NCBI GenBank assembly: GCA_937927915.1
Contig: CALGKB010000011.1
Span: 76,632 to 140,631, forward strand
Direction of reading: 5' to 3'
Source of the DNA: an uncultured Pseudanabaenaceae cyanobacterium
GTDB lineage: Bacteria; Cyanobacteriota; Cyanobacteriia; Pseudanabaenales; Pseudanabaenaceae
DNA: 64,000 nt
In this document: positions 1 to 9,555 of the stretch, piece by piece
How positions within the stretch are numbered: position 1 is the stretch's first letter
Layout of the letters: each line of letters starts with the position of its first letter
Program-made: the position numbers and the translations under genes
The notes under the pieces: generated by a model
Told to the model about the DNA's origin: nothing
Databases searched by the model: none
The model's input: only the letters and a program-made list of their open reading frames with translations

Positions 1-268
1 CTCTTCTTTGCCCATTTTGGTCGATTTTTATGCTCCCTGGTGTGGACCCTGTCAACTGATGGCACCGATTTTGGAAAAGGTAGGGGCACAGGTACGGGAC
101 AAAGTGCAAATTGTCAAAATCAACACTGACCAATACCCAGAGATTGCTTCCCAATACCATGTGCGGGCACTGCCTACCTTTATCATCTTCCGGGATGGAA
201 AACCCATCGATCGGTTTGAAGGGGCAATTCCAGCGGAGCAACTGTTAGACAAGCTAAAGAGATTGTAA
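1..268 (+). CDS. thioredoxin, 5' end cut by window edge
   Basis: The reading frame is open to position 1; the M in the track is a TTG. WCGPC active site (DFYAPWCGPCQ) and the C-terminal thioredoxin-fold motif ALPTFIIF are present. Confidence 0.85.
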   Translation, partial: SSLPILVDFYAPWCGPCQLMAPILEKVGAQVRDKVQIVKINTDQYPEIASQYHVRALPTFIIFRDGKPIDRFEGAIPAEQLLDKLKRL

Positions 269-327
269 TAAATCGGGGCAGGGGGGGCAGAGTCGTCAAC
301 AATAAAGCCAGTGTTAGGTGAGCAGGC

Positions 328-1740
328 ATGAGCAAGCAGAGTTTTGGCTTAATTGGGCTGGGGGTTATGGGGGAAAATCTCGCCCTCAACATTGAACGCA
401 ATGGCTTTCCCATCGCTGTTTACAACCGCAGTCGGGAGAAAACCGATAACTTTATGGCAACCCGTGCCCAAGGCAAAAATGTCAAACCCACCTACTCCCT
501 AAAGGAACTGGTAGAGAGTCTGGAGCGCCCCCGCAAAATTTTAATTATGGTGAAAGCTGGTGCCCCCGTTGATGCGGTGATTGAGGAACTAAAACCCCTC
601 CTAGAACCAGGGGATATTCTAATTGACGGGGGTAATTCTCTCTACACCGATACCGATCGGCGGGCAGCAGCCCTAGAGGCAGTGGGCTTGCAGTTTATTA
701 GCATGGGGGTCAGCGGCGGCGAAGAGGGAGCACTCAACGGTCCTAGCCTGATGCCAGGGGGACAAAAGTCTGCCTACGCAGCCATAGAACCGATCGTGAC
801 TAAGATTGCTGCCCAGGTAGATGATGGTCCCTGTGTTACCTACATTGGTCCAGGCAGTGCGGGGCACTACGTGAAGATGGTGCACAATGGCATTGAGTAC
901 GGCGATATGCAACTAATTGCTGAGGCTTATGACCTCCTCAAAACAGGGTTGGGTATGGGTGCCAGTGAACTCCACGATACCTTTGCTGCTTGGAATCAGA
1001 CAGAGTTATCTTCTTTTTTGATTGAAATTACGGCAGATATTTTTACCAAAATGGATGAAGATGGCACGCCCCTAGTGGAAAAAATCCTGGACAAGGCAGG
1101 ACAAAAGGGGACAGGGAAATGGACGGTAGAGAGTGCTTTTGACCTTGGTGTGCCTATTCCCACCATGATTGCGGCTGTGACAGCGCGGGTGATTTCTTCC
1201 TACAAAGAGGACAGGGTAGCTGCTAGTAAAGTCCTCACTTCCTACACCACAGGCAAATACGAAGGCGATCGGCAGGAGTTTATCGCTGCTATCCGAGATG
1301 CCCTTTATTGTTCTAAGATTTGCTCCTATGCCCAGGGCATGGCACTGTTAGCTACGGCGGGGCGGGAGATGCACTACAACTTCAACCTCAGCGAAATTGC
1401 CCGCATTTGGAAGGGGGGATGTATTATTCGGGCAGGCTTTTTGAATTTGATTAAAGAGGCGTTCCAACGCAATCCCCACTTGCCCAATCTCCTGTTGGAT
1501 GACCACTTCAAAAATTCTATCCTCAGCAAGGAAAAGGCTTGGCGACAAGTGGTAATGACTGCTGCCCAAATTGGTATTCCGGTCCCTGCTTTTAGCGCTT
1601 CTTTGGATTACTTTGACAGCTATCGCCGCGATCGGTTACCGCAAAATCTCACCCAGGCACAGCGGGATTACTTCGGTGCCCACACCTACGAACGTATTGA
1701 TAGAGAGGGTGTCTTCCATACGGAGTGGACGAAAAAATAG
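328..1740 (+). CDS. gnd: 6-phosphogluconate dehydrogenase, decarboxylating
   Basis: 470 aa. N-terminal Rossmann GLIGLGVMGENLALN; conserved GGNS, HYVKMVHNGIEYGDMQLI and RDYFGAHTYER blocks typical of Gnd. Confidence 0.95.
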   Translation: MSKQSFGLIGLGVMGENLALNIERNGFPIAVYNRSREKTDNFMATRAQGKNVKPTYSLKELVESLERPRKILIMVKAGAPVDAVIEELKPLLEPGDILIDGGNSLYTDTDRRAAALEAVGLQFISMGVSGGEEGALNGPSLMPGGQKSAYAAIEPIVTKIAAQVDDGPCVTYIGPGSAGHYVKMVHNGIEYGDMQLIAEAYDLLKTGLGMGASELHDTFAAWNQTELSSFLIEITADIFTKMDEDGTPLVEKILDKAGQKGTGKWTVESAFDLGVPIPTMIAAVTARVISSYKEDRVAASKVLTSYTTGKYEGDRQEFIAAIRDALYCSKICSYAQGMALLATAGREMHYNFNLSEIARIWKGGCIIRAGFLNLIKEAFQRNPHLPNLLLDDHFKNSILSKEKAWRQVVMTAAQIGIPVPAFSASLDYFDSYRRDRLPQNLTQAQRDYFGAHTYERIDREGVFHTEWTKK

Positions 1741-2294
1741 TTGCCTTTCTCGCTCGTCCTGCCTCTGTCGTTGCCCCACAACTTTTGGGGTGGCGCTTGG
1801 CTAGGGCAATTGGGGGAGAAACTTACTACGGCACGATCGTAGAGGTGGAGGCTTACGAGGCTAATGACCCCGCCTGTCATGGCTATCAGAGAAAGACGGC
1901 GCGCAATCAAGCCATTTTTGGTGCCCCTGGTTCTGTCTATGTCTATCTCATCTATGGCATCTATCACTGTTTGAATATCGTCACCGATCGGGACGGTATA
2001 TGTAGTGCTGTCCTGATTAGGGCTGTTGCCTTGGATAAAATTCCTCCCTGGTGTGCAGAGGCTAAACCACAGCGGGTAGGGGCAGGACCTGGTAAACTCT
2101 GTCGCGCCTTAAAAATCGATCGTGCCCTGGATGGTGTTTTCCTCCATCCCGCTAACCATCTGTGGCTAGAACCGCCAGCTGTAGAGATAAAAACAGCAAC
2201 GATCGTGCAGACCACTCGCATCGGTATTAGCAAGGGTGTCGACATCCCCTGGCGTTGGTATTTGGCAAATCATCCTGCTGTCAGTAAAAAGTGA
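1725..2294 (+). CDS. mpg: DNA-3-methyladenine glycosylase (MPG/AAG family)
   Basis: 189 aa. VAPQLLGWRL...IVEVEAYEANDPACHGY...GSVYVYLIYG..CLN are family-typical blocks. GTG start at 1725 overlaps the gnd 3' end by 16 nt. Confidence 0.8.
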   Translation: MDEKIVAFLARPASVVAPQLLGWRLARAIGGETYYGTIVEVEAYEANDPACHGYQRKTARNQAIFGAPGSVYVYLIYGIYHCLNIVTDRDGICSAVLIRAVALDKIPPWCAEAKPQRVGAGPGKLCRALKIDRALDGVFLHPANHLWLEPPAVEIKTATIVQTTRIGISKGVDIPWRWYLANHPAVSKK

Positions 2295-2301
2295 CCTGTC
2301 T

Positions 2302-3261
2302 TTAACTCAGACGGAGGTTGAGCAATAAAGCACCCAAAAAGGTCATCTGTCCTGCTAACAAAAATAAATAGATAATCGCCCTCCTGTTAAACAAACTGAG
2401 CAACAGACCGATCGCTTTTAAGTCAATCATAGGACCAAAAACCAGAAATGCCAGCAGGGAACCGGTTGTAAACGTAGACGCAAAAGAGAGGGCAAAGAAG
2501 GCATCCACCGTCGAACAGATAGACACTACCCCCGCTAAAGTCATCATCGCCGCAATGGAACTGATAGGACCCTGCCCCAGCTGGAAAATGATCTCCCTTG
2601 GCACTAACACCTGCAGCATAGCCGCTAAAGCACTGCCCAACACTAAAACTCCCCCCAATTCCCGCAATTCCCCGATCGTGTTATCCCAGAACAAAGTCCA
2701 TCTGTTCTGTCTTCTTCTTAACCCCCAATCCGTCAAGGTCAAAAGTTGCCCTTCTCCCAAAAAATAAGTACCACTTAGACCATCAGCAGCAGGTATGAAT
2801 AACGATCGGCTGACAGAGGCATGCAGAAAAGGGCGCAAATCTTTTTGGACACTGAAAATCGAGGCAATGGCAGTAGCAATGACAAAAGACAGACCAACTC
2901 GCCACCACACCACCTCCGGTTGATCGCGAAAAGCCGTCCAAGTCGCCCAAATTACCACAGGGTTGAGGGTGGGAGCCGCCAACAAAAAGGCAATACAGAC
3001 AGAAGGGGGAACACCCTGCAAAATCAATCGCCTTGCCACCGGTACATTGCCACATTCACAAACGGGAAAGAGAAAGCCAATTAAACTACCAACGATCGCA
3101 CCCCAGAAGGGATTTTGGGGTAAAAGACGGATGAGCTTGCCTTCGTCTACAAATAACAGGAGAGCACTGGAAAGCAAAACTCCCAGTAATAAAAAAGGAA
3201 GCGCCTCTACCAAGAGGCTCAAAAACAAAGTAAAAGCACTTTGCAACAAGTTGAAGTCCAT
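2302..3261 (-). CDS. polytopic membrane permease, DUF318/ArsP(YraQ)-like
   Basis: 319 aa, hydrophobic throughout. Two-halves architecture with FPVCECGNVPVARRL in the first half and SICSTVDAFFALSF in the second. Lies 25 nt downstream of cupS on the same strand. Confidence 0.65.
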   Translation of the reverse strand: MDFNLLQSAFTLFLSLLVEALPFLLLGVLLSSALLLFVDEGKLIRLLPQNPFWGAIVGSLIGFLFPVCECGNVPVARRLILQGVPPSVCIAFLLAAPTLNPVVIWATWTAFRDQPEVVWWRVGLSFVIATAIASIFSVQKDLRPFLHASVSRSLFIPAADGLSGTYFLGEGQLLTLTDWGLRRRQNRWTLFWDNTIGELRELGGVLVLGSALAAMLQVLVPREIIFQLGQGPISSIAAMMTLAGVVSICSTVDAFFALSFASTFTTGSLLAFLVFGPMIDLKAIGLLLSLFNRRAIIYLFLLAGQMTFLGALLLNLRLS

Positions 3262-3286
3262 TCCAGACTGTCCCTAGCCAATTCTC

Positions 3287-3757
3287 CTATACTACAACAC
3301 CCTCACTTTTGATGCCCTCCTTCCCCCACCGCATGATGGGATGAAACCAATGGGGACGCATTAAAATCACCGTGTCGATCACATGAATTATGCCATTATC
3401 CGCCTCAATATCAGCGGCAATCACCGTAGCATTGTTAACTTCAAATTCCGCCGCCGTGATGTAGAGATCGATCGGTGTACCCTCCAGGGAAGGGATAGAT
3501 TCTCTCCCCCGCAAATCATTTTTTGTATATCTACCCGCCGCCACATGGTAGGTGAGAATACGAGTGAGCTGGGGGATATTTTGTACCAGGGTAGTAATTG
3601 TGCCAGGGGGCAATTTTTCAAAGGCCTTGTTGACGGGAGCAAAGACTGTAAATGGACCTGGACTGTTGAGGGCATCCACTAAATTAGCAGCAGAAACCGC
3701 TGTCACCAGGGTACTAAAATCAGGATTGCTCACTGCAATATCAACGATCGTTGCCAT
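3287..3757 (-). CDS. cupS: fasciclin (FAS1) domain protein, probable NDH-1MS subunit CupS
   Basis: 156 aa with FAS1 H1/H2 motifs ([23 protein letters not shown]). Located 10 nt downstream of cupA in the ndhF3-ndhD3-cupA order. CupS is reported to have a fasciclin-superfamily fold. Confidence 0.65.
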   Translation of the reverse strand: MATIVDIAVSNPDFSTLVTAVSAANLVDALNSPGPFTVFAPVNKAFEKLPPGTITTLVQNIPQLTRILTYHVAAGRYTKNDLRGRESIPSLEGTPIDLYITAAEFEVNNATVIAADIEADNGIIHVIDTVILMRPHWFHPIMRWGKEGIKSEGVVV

Positions 3758-3767
3758 CTCTGTTCTC

Positions 3768-5084
3768 CTATCGATAATCTTGGGATTGGATTGCTAGAAT
3801 ACGGGCAGCCTTGTTCATGCCGTACTTGGGATTGGCAAAACGATTTAACTGCCCCTCAAAGTAATAGCGATTTGCCCATAGATGGCGGGGATTGGGGTCA
3901 TCAAGGGGATAGAGAAATGCCGCCCTGCCTGCCTGAATTACCGCCGAGGTGACGTTATACATCGATCTTTGAAAGCTAACTCCCAATTGAATCAGCATAT
4001 CGTCAGCGCCGCGACAGAACTTTTGGTAGTAATCAACTAGGTATTGGGGTAGGAAATGATACATATCCTGGTGGAGTAGTGTGGGGGGAATACCAGCAGA
4101 AGCAACGGGGAATTTATCAGCGTATAAAATGCCATAGTGAAAATCATTTTGGTCATCGGGGACTTCCCTAGCTTGAGCATTGTAGGACTTCGTACCCCTA
4201 AAGGGTGACGTGCGATAGAACACTGCTTCTACATAGGGAAAAGCTGCCTCGTATAGCCAGGTAAAACCCTTAGATTTGGGCACAATATCATACCACTCGC
4301 CCCGAATATATACCCTGTGATAAATGGGACGCCCAGCAATAGCAAAAATACCATTCACCAGGAAATTCATGGCATCAGGTACGCCCTTGAATCCCCCCTC
4401 ATCATAAATATCGGACATCTCCAAAAATACAGGGCACATGACCTCCCAAAATAGCCCCAAAACTGAATACATAGTTGCCTGGCGGCATTGTTCAATAAAC
4501 ATATCGGGGAATAATTTGTATAGCCCTAACATGATGGGATTGTCGCGGAAATAAGCCCTAATTGCCCGATCAGCATTTTGTTTATATTCCGCGGAATCCA
4601 TGTAGGGTTCGAGGAGTCCCCCCATATTGCGATGCCAAAACATCGCCCGCATGCATTCTTCTGCAAATTCCATGTTGATCCGATCGTGATAGAAATGATG
4701 GAAGAGTTTAGGAATTCTTGCTTTTAATTCCCCCTTCTCTATAAACTCTAGTAACTCTTTGTGGGCAGTGGCATAACCCCGCCAAATCCGCAGGTCAGCA
4801 TTATCCCCCGCATAGTGATTAGCTAGTTCTAAATATTCCTTGGGCAAGAAATACTTAAAGGCAGGTACGGGGTCAAGAAATACACGCTCGGCAATGTAGA
4901 GTAGGTCCCGCCAATAGAAGTCCATTGGAATTGCATAAGCCTTGTAGAGACCGATGATCTGCATCAAGTTTTCTTCCGTGTCAGGGAGCATCGATCCCCC
5001 CCGCTCCAAGCGATGGATAATCTCGGCAAAGGGGTGAGTGGAAGGGGGCAACTTTGTGGTTGGTTCAATCAGTGTGCTAGGCAT
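3768..5084 (-). CDS. cupA: CO2 hydration protein CupA/ChpY
   Basis: 438 aa, the size class of CupA rather than the shorter CupB. I recognise the N-terminal region as resembling the ChpX/ChpY family. Sits directly downstream of ndhD3. Confidence 0.88.
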   Translation of the reverse strand: MPSTLIEPTTKLPPSTHPFAEIIHRLERGGSMLPDTEENLMQIIGLYKAYAIPMDFYWRDLLYIAERVFLDPVPAFKYFLPKEYLELANHYAGDNADLRIWRGYATAHKELLEFIEKGELKARIPKLFHHFYHDRINMEFAEECMRAMFWHRNMGGLLEPYMDSAEYKQNADRAIRAYFRDNPIMLGLYKLFPDMFIEQCRQATMYSVLGLFWEVMCPVFLEMSDIYDEGGFKGVPDAMNFLVNGIFAIAGRPIYHRVYIRGEWYDIVPKSKGFTWLYEAAFPYVEAVFYRTSPFRGTKSYNAQAREVPDDQNDFHYGILYADKFPVASAGIPPTLLHQDMYHFLPQYLVDYYQKFCRGADDMLIQLGVSFQRSMYNVTSAVIQAGRAAFLYPLDDPNPRHLWANRYYFEGQLNRFANPKYGMNKAARILAIQSQDYR

Positions 5085-5095
5085 TTTCTTCTTCC

Positions 5096-6589
5096 TTATT
5101 GTTGTTGTAAATTAATCAATTGCACGATCGCATTACTAGGCAGACGACTGCTGATTTTTTGGGCAGTAGTTTCACTCCAAGTTACTAACCAATGGGGCTG
5201 AATGCCAAGGAAAACAATCAGAGTAGTCAAGACAAAGGCAGGTAATTTTTCGCTGCTCAAAACCTTGGGATAGTAGGCAGTCTTGTTGTCCAATTTGCCA
5301 AAACAGGTGCGATTGAGGAGAATGACAAAATAAACAGCTGTCAAACCCGTACCCAAGATCGCCAGGAGGGTGGGAAGGGGAAACTTGCTAAAACTGCCTT
5401 GAAAGACTAGGAATTCCGCGATAAAGCCCACCATACCAGGGATACCCGCACTTGCCATACCGCCCAAGATCAACAAAGCGCTGACAGTGGGAAACCCCCG
5501 CAATGGATTTAATAGACCATTCAAAACATCCAATTCCCTGGTGCCCACCTTCTTTTCAATGATGCCCACCAAGTTAAACAGCAAAGCTAGGATCAAACCA
5601 TGACTGACCATCTGGGCAATACCACCCACCAGACTCAGAGGCGTGACCGCCGCCGCTGCCAGCAAAACATAACTCATGTGCCCAATCGAGCTGTAGGCAA
5701 CCATTCTTTTGATGTCCTTCTGCGCGATCGCTGTTACAGCCCCGTACAGAATGCCTAAACCTGCCCACAGAGCAAACCAGGGGGACAATAAAGACCAAGC
5801 CTCAGGAAAAAGACCAACACAAAAACGAAAGAGACCATAGGTTCCCATCTTAGCCACTACCCCCCCCAAAATCATCACCACAGGTGTAGCAGACTCCACG
5901 TAAGTGTCCGGCAGCCACGTGTGAAAGGGGACAAAGGGAGCTTTGATCGCAAAACCAGCCACCAGAAGCAATAACAGAACTATCTGGGCTGTCACTGGCA
6001 AAGACAAAGAACGCAAACTCTGATAGTCAAACACAGGTTTAGGAGCAGGTGCCACCCAAGCCAACCCCAGGAAACCAGCCAGAATTAAAATACCCGATAC
6101 AGCGGTAAAAATAAGGAACTTTGTAGCGGCATAGTTCTTCTGTTTGGACCCCCAAATGGCAATGACCAGATAGAGGGGAATTAACTCAATCTCATAGAAA
6201 AGAAGGAACAATAGGGTGTTCAACGCCAGAAAAGCACCACTTAAACCCGCATGAATCAGTAAGATTAAAACATAAAATAACCTTGGTCTTTCTTTTACCT
6301 CCCGATCGAAACAGAGCACCAGCCAAGTCAAAAGAGCATTGAGGACTAACAAAGGCAAAGAAAGACCATCGACACCGAGGGTGTAATTCAAGCCAATGTT
6401 GGGCAGCCACGGCAGATTTTCACTAAACTGAAATTCCCCTGTTCCCAAGTTAAATTGCCGCAATAGCAAAACATGCAAAAATAAGATAGCGGAGCTGGTA
6501 AGAATGGCAACAATCCGCGCCCATTTGGCAGAGCAAAAACTGGCAATAGTCGCTCCCCCGATCGGTAACCAAATCAATGTACTTAACAC
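5096..6589 (-). CDS. ndhD3: NAD(P)H-quinone oxidoreductase subunit D3 (NuoM-like antiporter subunit)
   Basis: 497 aa polytopic NuoM/NdhD-type protein. Its position between ndhF3 and cupA defines the D3 paralogue. Confidence 0.85.
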   Translation of the reverse strand: MLSTLIWLPIGGATIASFCSAKWARIVAILTSSAILFLHVLLLRQFNLGTGEFQFSENLPWLPNIGLNYTLGVDGLSLPLLVLNALLTWLVLCFDREVKERPRLFYVLILLIHAGLSGAFLALNTLLFLLFYEIELIPLYLVIAIWGSKQKNYAATKFLIFTAVSGILILAGFLGLAWVAPAPKPVFDYQSLRSLSLPVTAQIVLLLLLVAGFAIKAPFVPFHTWLPDTYVESATPVVMILGGVVAKMGTYGLFRFCVGLFPEAWSLLSPWFALWAGLGILYGAVTAIAQKDIKRMVAYSSIGHMSYVLLAAAAVTPLSLVGGIAQMVSHGLILALLFNLVGIIEKKVGTRELDVLNGLLNPLRGFPTVSALLILGGMASAGIPGMVGFIAEFLVFQGSFSKFPLPTLLAILGTGLTAVYFVILLNRTCFGKLDNKTAYYPKVLSSEKLPAFVLTTLIVFLGIQPHWLVTWSETTAQKISSRLPSNAIVQLINLQQQ

Positions 6590-6605
6590 GTTTTTCCCCT
6601 CCCAC

Positions 6606-8423
6606 TTAAGTCCTAAATACTAGGAAAACGAGCAAACCAACTCCCAAAAGCATTGTCAACATATACAGCTGAAATTGCCCAAAGGTACTGTATTTTAAGC
6701 TCTCCCCGCCCAAAATTGTGACTATACCAAATAGGTTACCCAAACCATCCACGAAGAACCGATCGAACCAATACATAAGACGGGAAAAAATATCTACTAG
6801 CCCTACAACTGTAAATTTGTATAACTGCGGTGTGTAAAAGTCATAGGTGAAGAAATCCTGGATAAAGCGACTTGGTAAAGCGATCGGTTTCGCAATCCCC
6901 TCATTGAGATAAATATAAGCCCCTAACCCTATACCGACGAGAGTGGAGAGAAGCAACACCCAACTGTCAGCAAACGACTGCCAGCTAATCAATCCCATCC
7001 CTGTCCACAGCTGCGGCGTATGTAAAACTACCCCTGCTAAAACCGTCATAGGCAAGACCATTAACCACAAGGGTTCCACCGATCGCTCAGTCATCTGTTT
7101 TGGCTTACCGCCCCAGACTAACCCAAATACCCGTACCAAACTAAATACCAACAGAGCGTTGATAACTAAAACCAGCACTGCCAAACCAGGACGGCTAGCT
7201 TGCAACGACTGATACAGAGAAGATAAGCCCCAAAAACCAGAGAAGGGCGGCAACGCTCCCAGCCCCGCCATACCTACTAAAAAGGACAGACCAGAGATGG
7301 GACGACGACTCCACAAGCCCCCTAACAAAGTCAAATCCTGGGTGATATTATTAGAAATAATGCTCCCGAGCGCCATTACTAATAAACCTGCCCCCAAAGC
7401 ATTCGACAGCATTAGCAAATAGGCGCTTTCTATTGATCCAGTGCCCACAGCCATAAAAATCAAACCCATATAGGCACTAACCAGGTAGGAAAGAGCACGC
7501 TTGGCATCAATTTGCCCAATGGCAATTAGCACCGTCCCCAAAGCAGTAGCCGCCCCGATGGCGATCGCCACCTGTTGTGCCACCACAGACAACTGGAGCA
7601 GGGGATGAATTTTGATCAGTACCCACGCCCCCGTCGGCACCACCACACCGTTGCGCAAAATCGTACTAGGGAGGGGACCTTCCATCGCCTCATCCAACCA
7701 CAAATGCAAGGGGAATTGAGCACACTTACCCATCGGACCTGCCAATAACCCCAGCAAAATCAAGGTAATAACAACGGGATTTACCTCTGCCTTTTCTGCC
7801 CAATCCGCTAAGAGATGAAAATTCCACGTACCTGCCAGGGGAAAAATACTCACAACCCCCATCAACAGGAGCAAGTCTCCTACCCGTTTTGTGAGAAAAG
7901 CATCCCGCGCCCCCGTCACCACCAGGCTTTGGTTGTACCACATTCCCACCAACAAATAGGTCCCCAGGGTGAGAATTTCCAAAATCACATAGCTGAAAAA
8001 TAGGGAATCACAGATGGAAAGGGCACACATCCCCGCCTCAAAAAATGCCAGCAGGGCATAAAACCGCGCCCAACCCCAATCCATCTCCATATAACCCACC
8101 GCATAAATCTGCGCCAGGAAGTTAATCCCCGTGATCACCACCATTGCCCCTACGGTCAGGGCAGAAACCTCTACATCAAAGGTGAAATCTAAACCCTCTA
8201 CGGAAAACCAGAGTAAACTAAAAAGCTGGCTTGACTTCCCCCAAATGCCTACCAGGGCGATCGTGCTGTGCAGCAACGCCAAAAAGGTCATAAATATATT
8301 GACGTATCCCGCCGGTCGCGGTCCTGTCTTGCGCGTAATGCTGGGCGTCCAGATCAGGGACAACCCCGCCCCCACCAAAGAATATAGAGGCACTAACCAA
8401 ATTGTATCTATCCAAGCTTGCAT
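6606..8423 (-). CDS. ndhF3: NAD(P)H-quinone oxidoreductase subunit F3 (NuoL-like)
   Basis: 605 aa polytopic NuoL/NdhF-type protein. ATG at 8423. First gene of the F3-D3-cupA-cupS cluster. Confidence 0.85.
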   Translation of the reverse strand: MQAWIDTIWLVPLYSLVGAGLSLIWTPSITRKTGPRPAGYVNIFMTFLALLHSTIALVGIWGKSSQLFSLLWFSVEGLDFTFDVEVSALTVGAMVVITGINFLAQIYAVGYMEMDWGWARFYALLAFFEAGMCALSICDSLFFSYVILEILTLGTYLLVGMWYNQSLVVTGARDAFLTKRVGDLLLLMGVVSIFPLAGTWNFHLLADWAEKAEVNPVVITLILLGLLAGPMGKCAQFPLHLWLDEAMEGPLPSTILRNGVVVPTGAWVLIKIHPLLQLSVVAQQVAIAIGAATALGTVLIAIGQIDAKRALSYLVSAYMGLIFMAVGTGSIESAYLLMLSNALGAGLLVMALGSIISNNITQDLTLLGGLWSRRPISGLSFLVGMAGLGALPPFSGFWGLSSLYQSLQASRPGLAVLVLVINALLVFSLVRVFGLVWGGKPKQMTERSVEPLWLMVLPMTVLAGVVLHTPQLWTGMGLISWQSFADSWVLLLSTLVGIGLGAYIYLNEGIAKPIALPSRFIQDFFTYDFYTPQLYKFTVVGLVDIFSRLMYWFDRFFVDGLGNLFGIVTILGGESLKYSTFGQFQLYMLTMLLGVGLLVFLVFRT

Positions 8424-8453
8424 AACTAAAAAACTAGGATTTATAGCTTTTCT

Positions 8454-8469
8454 ATAGTTTACATTCTAT
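8454..8469. promoter_or_regulatory. ATAG-N8-CTAT motif, candidate NdhR/CcmR operator (proximal)
   Basis: Exact ATAG TTTACATT CTAT, 31 nt upstream of the ndhF3 ATG. Matches the LysR-type NdhR motif reported for the low-carbon regulon. Confidence 0.5.
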
Positions 8470-8513
8470 GATTAATTTTTTATAAACTAATATAGATATA
8501 TCTATTTATATCA

Positions 8514-8529
8514 ATAGATTTGAATCTAT
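8514..8529. promoter_or_regulatory. ATAG-N8-CTAT motif, candidate NdhR/CcmR operator (distal)
   Basis: Exact ATAG ATTTGAAT CTAT, 60 nt from the proximal copy (start to start). An ATAG-N6-CTAT variant lies between them at 8492-8505. Confidence 0.5.
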
Positions 8530-8666
8530 GGATTACCAAAGGGGAAGAAAGTTGCCCTCTCGAGCAGGGGATCAGGTTTCCAGTTTTAGGGATCGTTTGT
8601 ATTAGAGAAACTTACAAATCCTATAATGTCGGCTTTACCCTTGCTACCTAATTTTTTGCAATTGAT

Positions 8667-8688
8667 AAAAAAAGAGTCCAGTGGACTC
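8667..8688 (-). terminator. intrinsic terminator after the pentapeptide-repeat gene
   Basis: On the minus strand, GAGTCC-ACT-GGACTC (6-bp stem, 3-nt loop) is followed by TTTTTTT, 28 nt after the stop at 8717. Confidence 0.7.
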
Positions 8689-8716
8689 TCAAACGGCAGA
8701 AACTGCTCAGTTTTAC

Positions 8717-9412
8717 TTATCCCCCTAAAGGACAGCCCTGTTTGGACAGTTCCCCGCTGGGCAGAGTGGCATTGCAGAGGTTTGCTCCCTTGAGGTTAGC
8801 ACCGTCTAGGTTGGCATTACTGAGATTGGCAAGGGAGAGGTCAGCGTTTTGCAGGTTAGCGCCCCGTAGATCAGCTTCTTCCAGATTAGCACGGTAAAGA
8901 TCAGCCCCTTCCAGGTTAGCTCCCACTAGTTTGGCACGGTAGAGGCTGGAATTGCGCAGGTTTGCCTTGGGTAGTTCTGCCTGGCTAAGGTTGGCATAGA
9001 CCAGCTCTGCTTCCATGAGATTAGCGTTGTCCATGCGAGCACGTGCCATGTTGGCGTACTTCAGGCGGCTATTGCGGATGTTGGCATTGACTAAATTGGC
9101 ACTTAGGAGATCAGCCCCCACCAGTACAGAATTGCGCAAGTTGGCATCCTGGAGGGTAGACATCCGCAGGTCAACATCCGTCATTTCAGCGTTAAATAAG
9201 TTAACATTGGAAAGACGACTCATGCTTAAATTTGCCCCCTCTAAAAAAGCCCCCCTGAGGTCGGTGCCACTGACGTCTATCTTGCTCAGTTCGCACCTCT
9301 GACATTCCCGATAGGCTAAAAAATAGCGTAGGTGTTCGGCGTTCTGAGCGCACAAGGGGGGGACAATACTGATCATTGTCGCCATTACAACGGTTATGCT
9401 TTTTCCTTTCAT
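8717..9412 (-). CDS. secreted pentapeptide-repeat protein
   Basis: 231 aa. N-terminal signal-like segment, then roughly 35 tandem A(D/N)LxX pentapeptides (ANLRNSVLVGADLLSANLVNANIRNS...). Confidence 0.85.
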   Translation of the reverse strand: MKGKSITVVMATMISIVPPLCAQNAEHLRYFLAYRECQRCELSKIDVSGTDLRGAFLEGANLSMSRLSNVNLFNAEMTDVDLRMSTLQDANLRNSVLVGADLLSANLVNANIRNSRLKYANMARARMDNANLMEAELVYANLSQAELPKANLRNSSLYRAKLVGANLEGADLYRANLEEADLRGANLQNADLSLANLSNANLDGANLKGANLCNATLPSGELSKQGCPLGG

Positions 9413-9555
9413 ACATCCTCACTTGACAATCTATGCAGCCCGAATTCATCGAGCCAATCCCTGTTTTGTAGCTTATCCTAATTTAGGGGAATTGCCCACT
9501 CTCGTCTCGTCCTGTAATTTGTCTGTTTTAGTGTTGCTTAATCTTTATTTGCCCT

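Noticed and set aside
8424-8716. Small ORFs in the ndhF3 upstream region, and NtcA sites (GTA-N8-TAC) here and in other intergenic regions
   Set aside because: Only 5-24-codon frames without Shine-Dalgarno elements were found. The closest NtcA-like element is GTA-N11-TAC (TTTGTA..TACAAA), which has the wrong spacing. I found no exact GTA-N8-TAC in the intergenic regions I inspected.
9413-9555. Possible yybP-ykoY (Mn2+) riboswitch upstream of the TerC-family gene
   Set aside because: TerC genes often carry this riboswitch in other phyla. Here, however, the 143-nt leader lacks the conserved GGGGAGUAG and distal GAGACC elements and the four-way-junction pairing. Only a weak AGGGGAA resemblance was seen.
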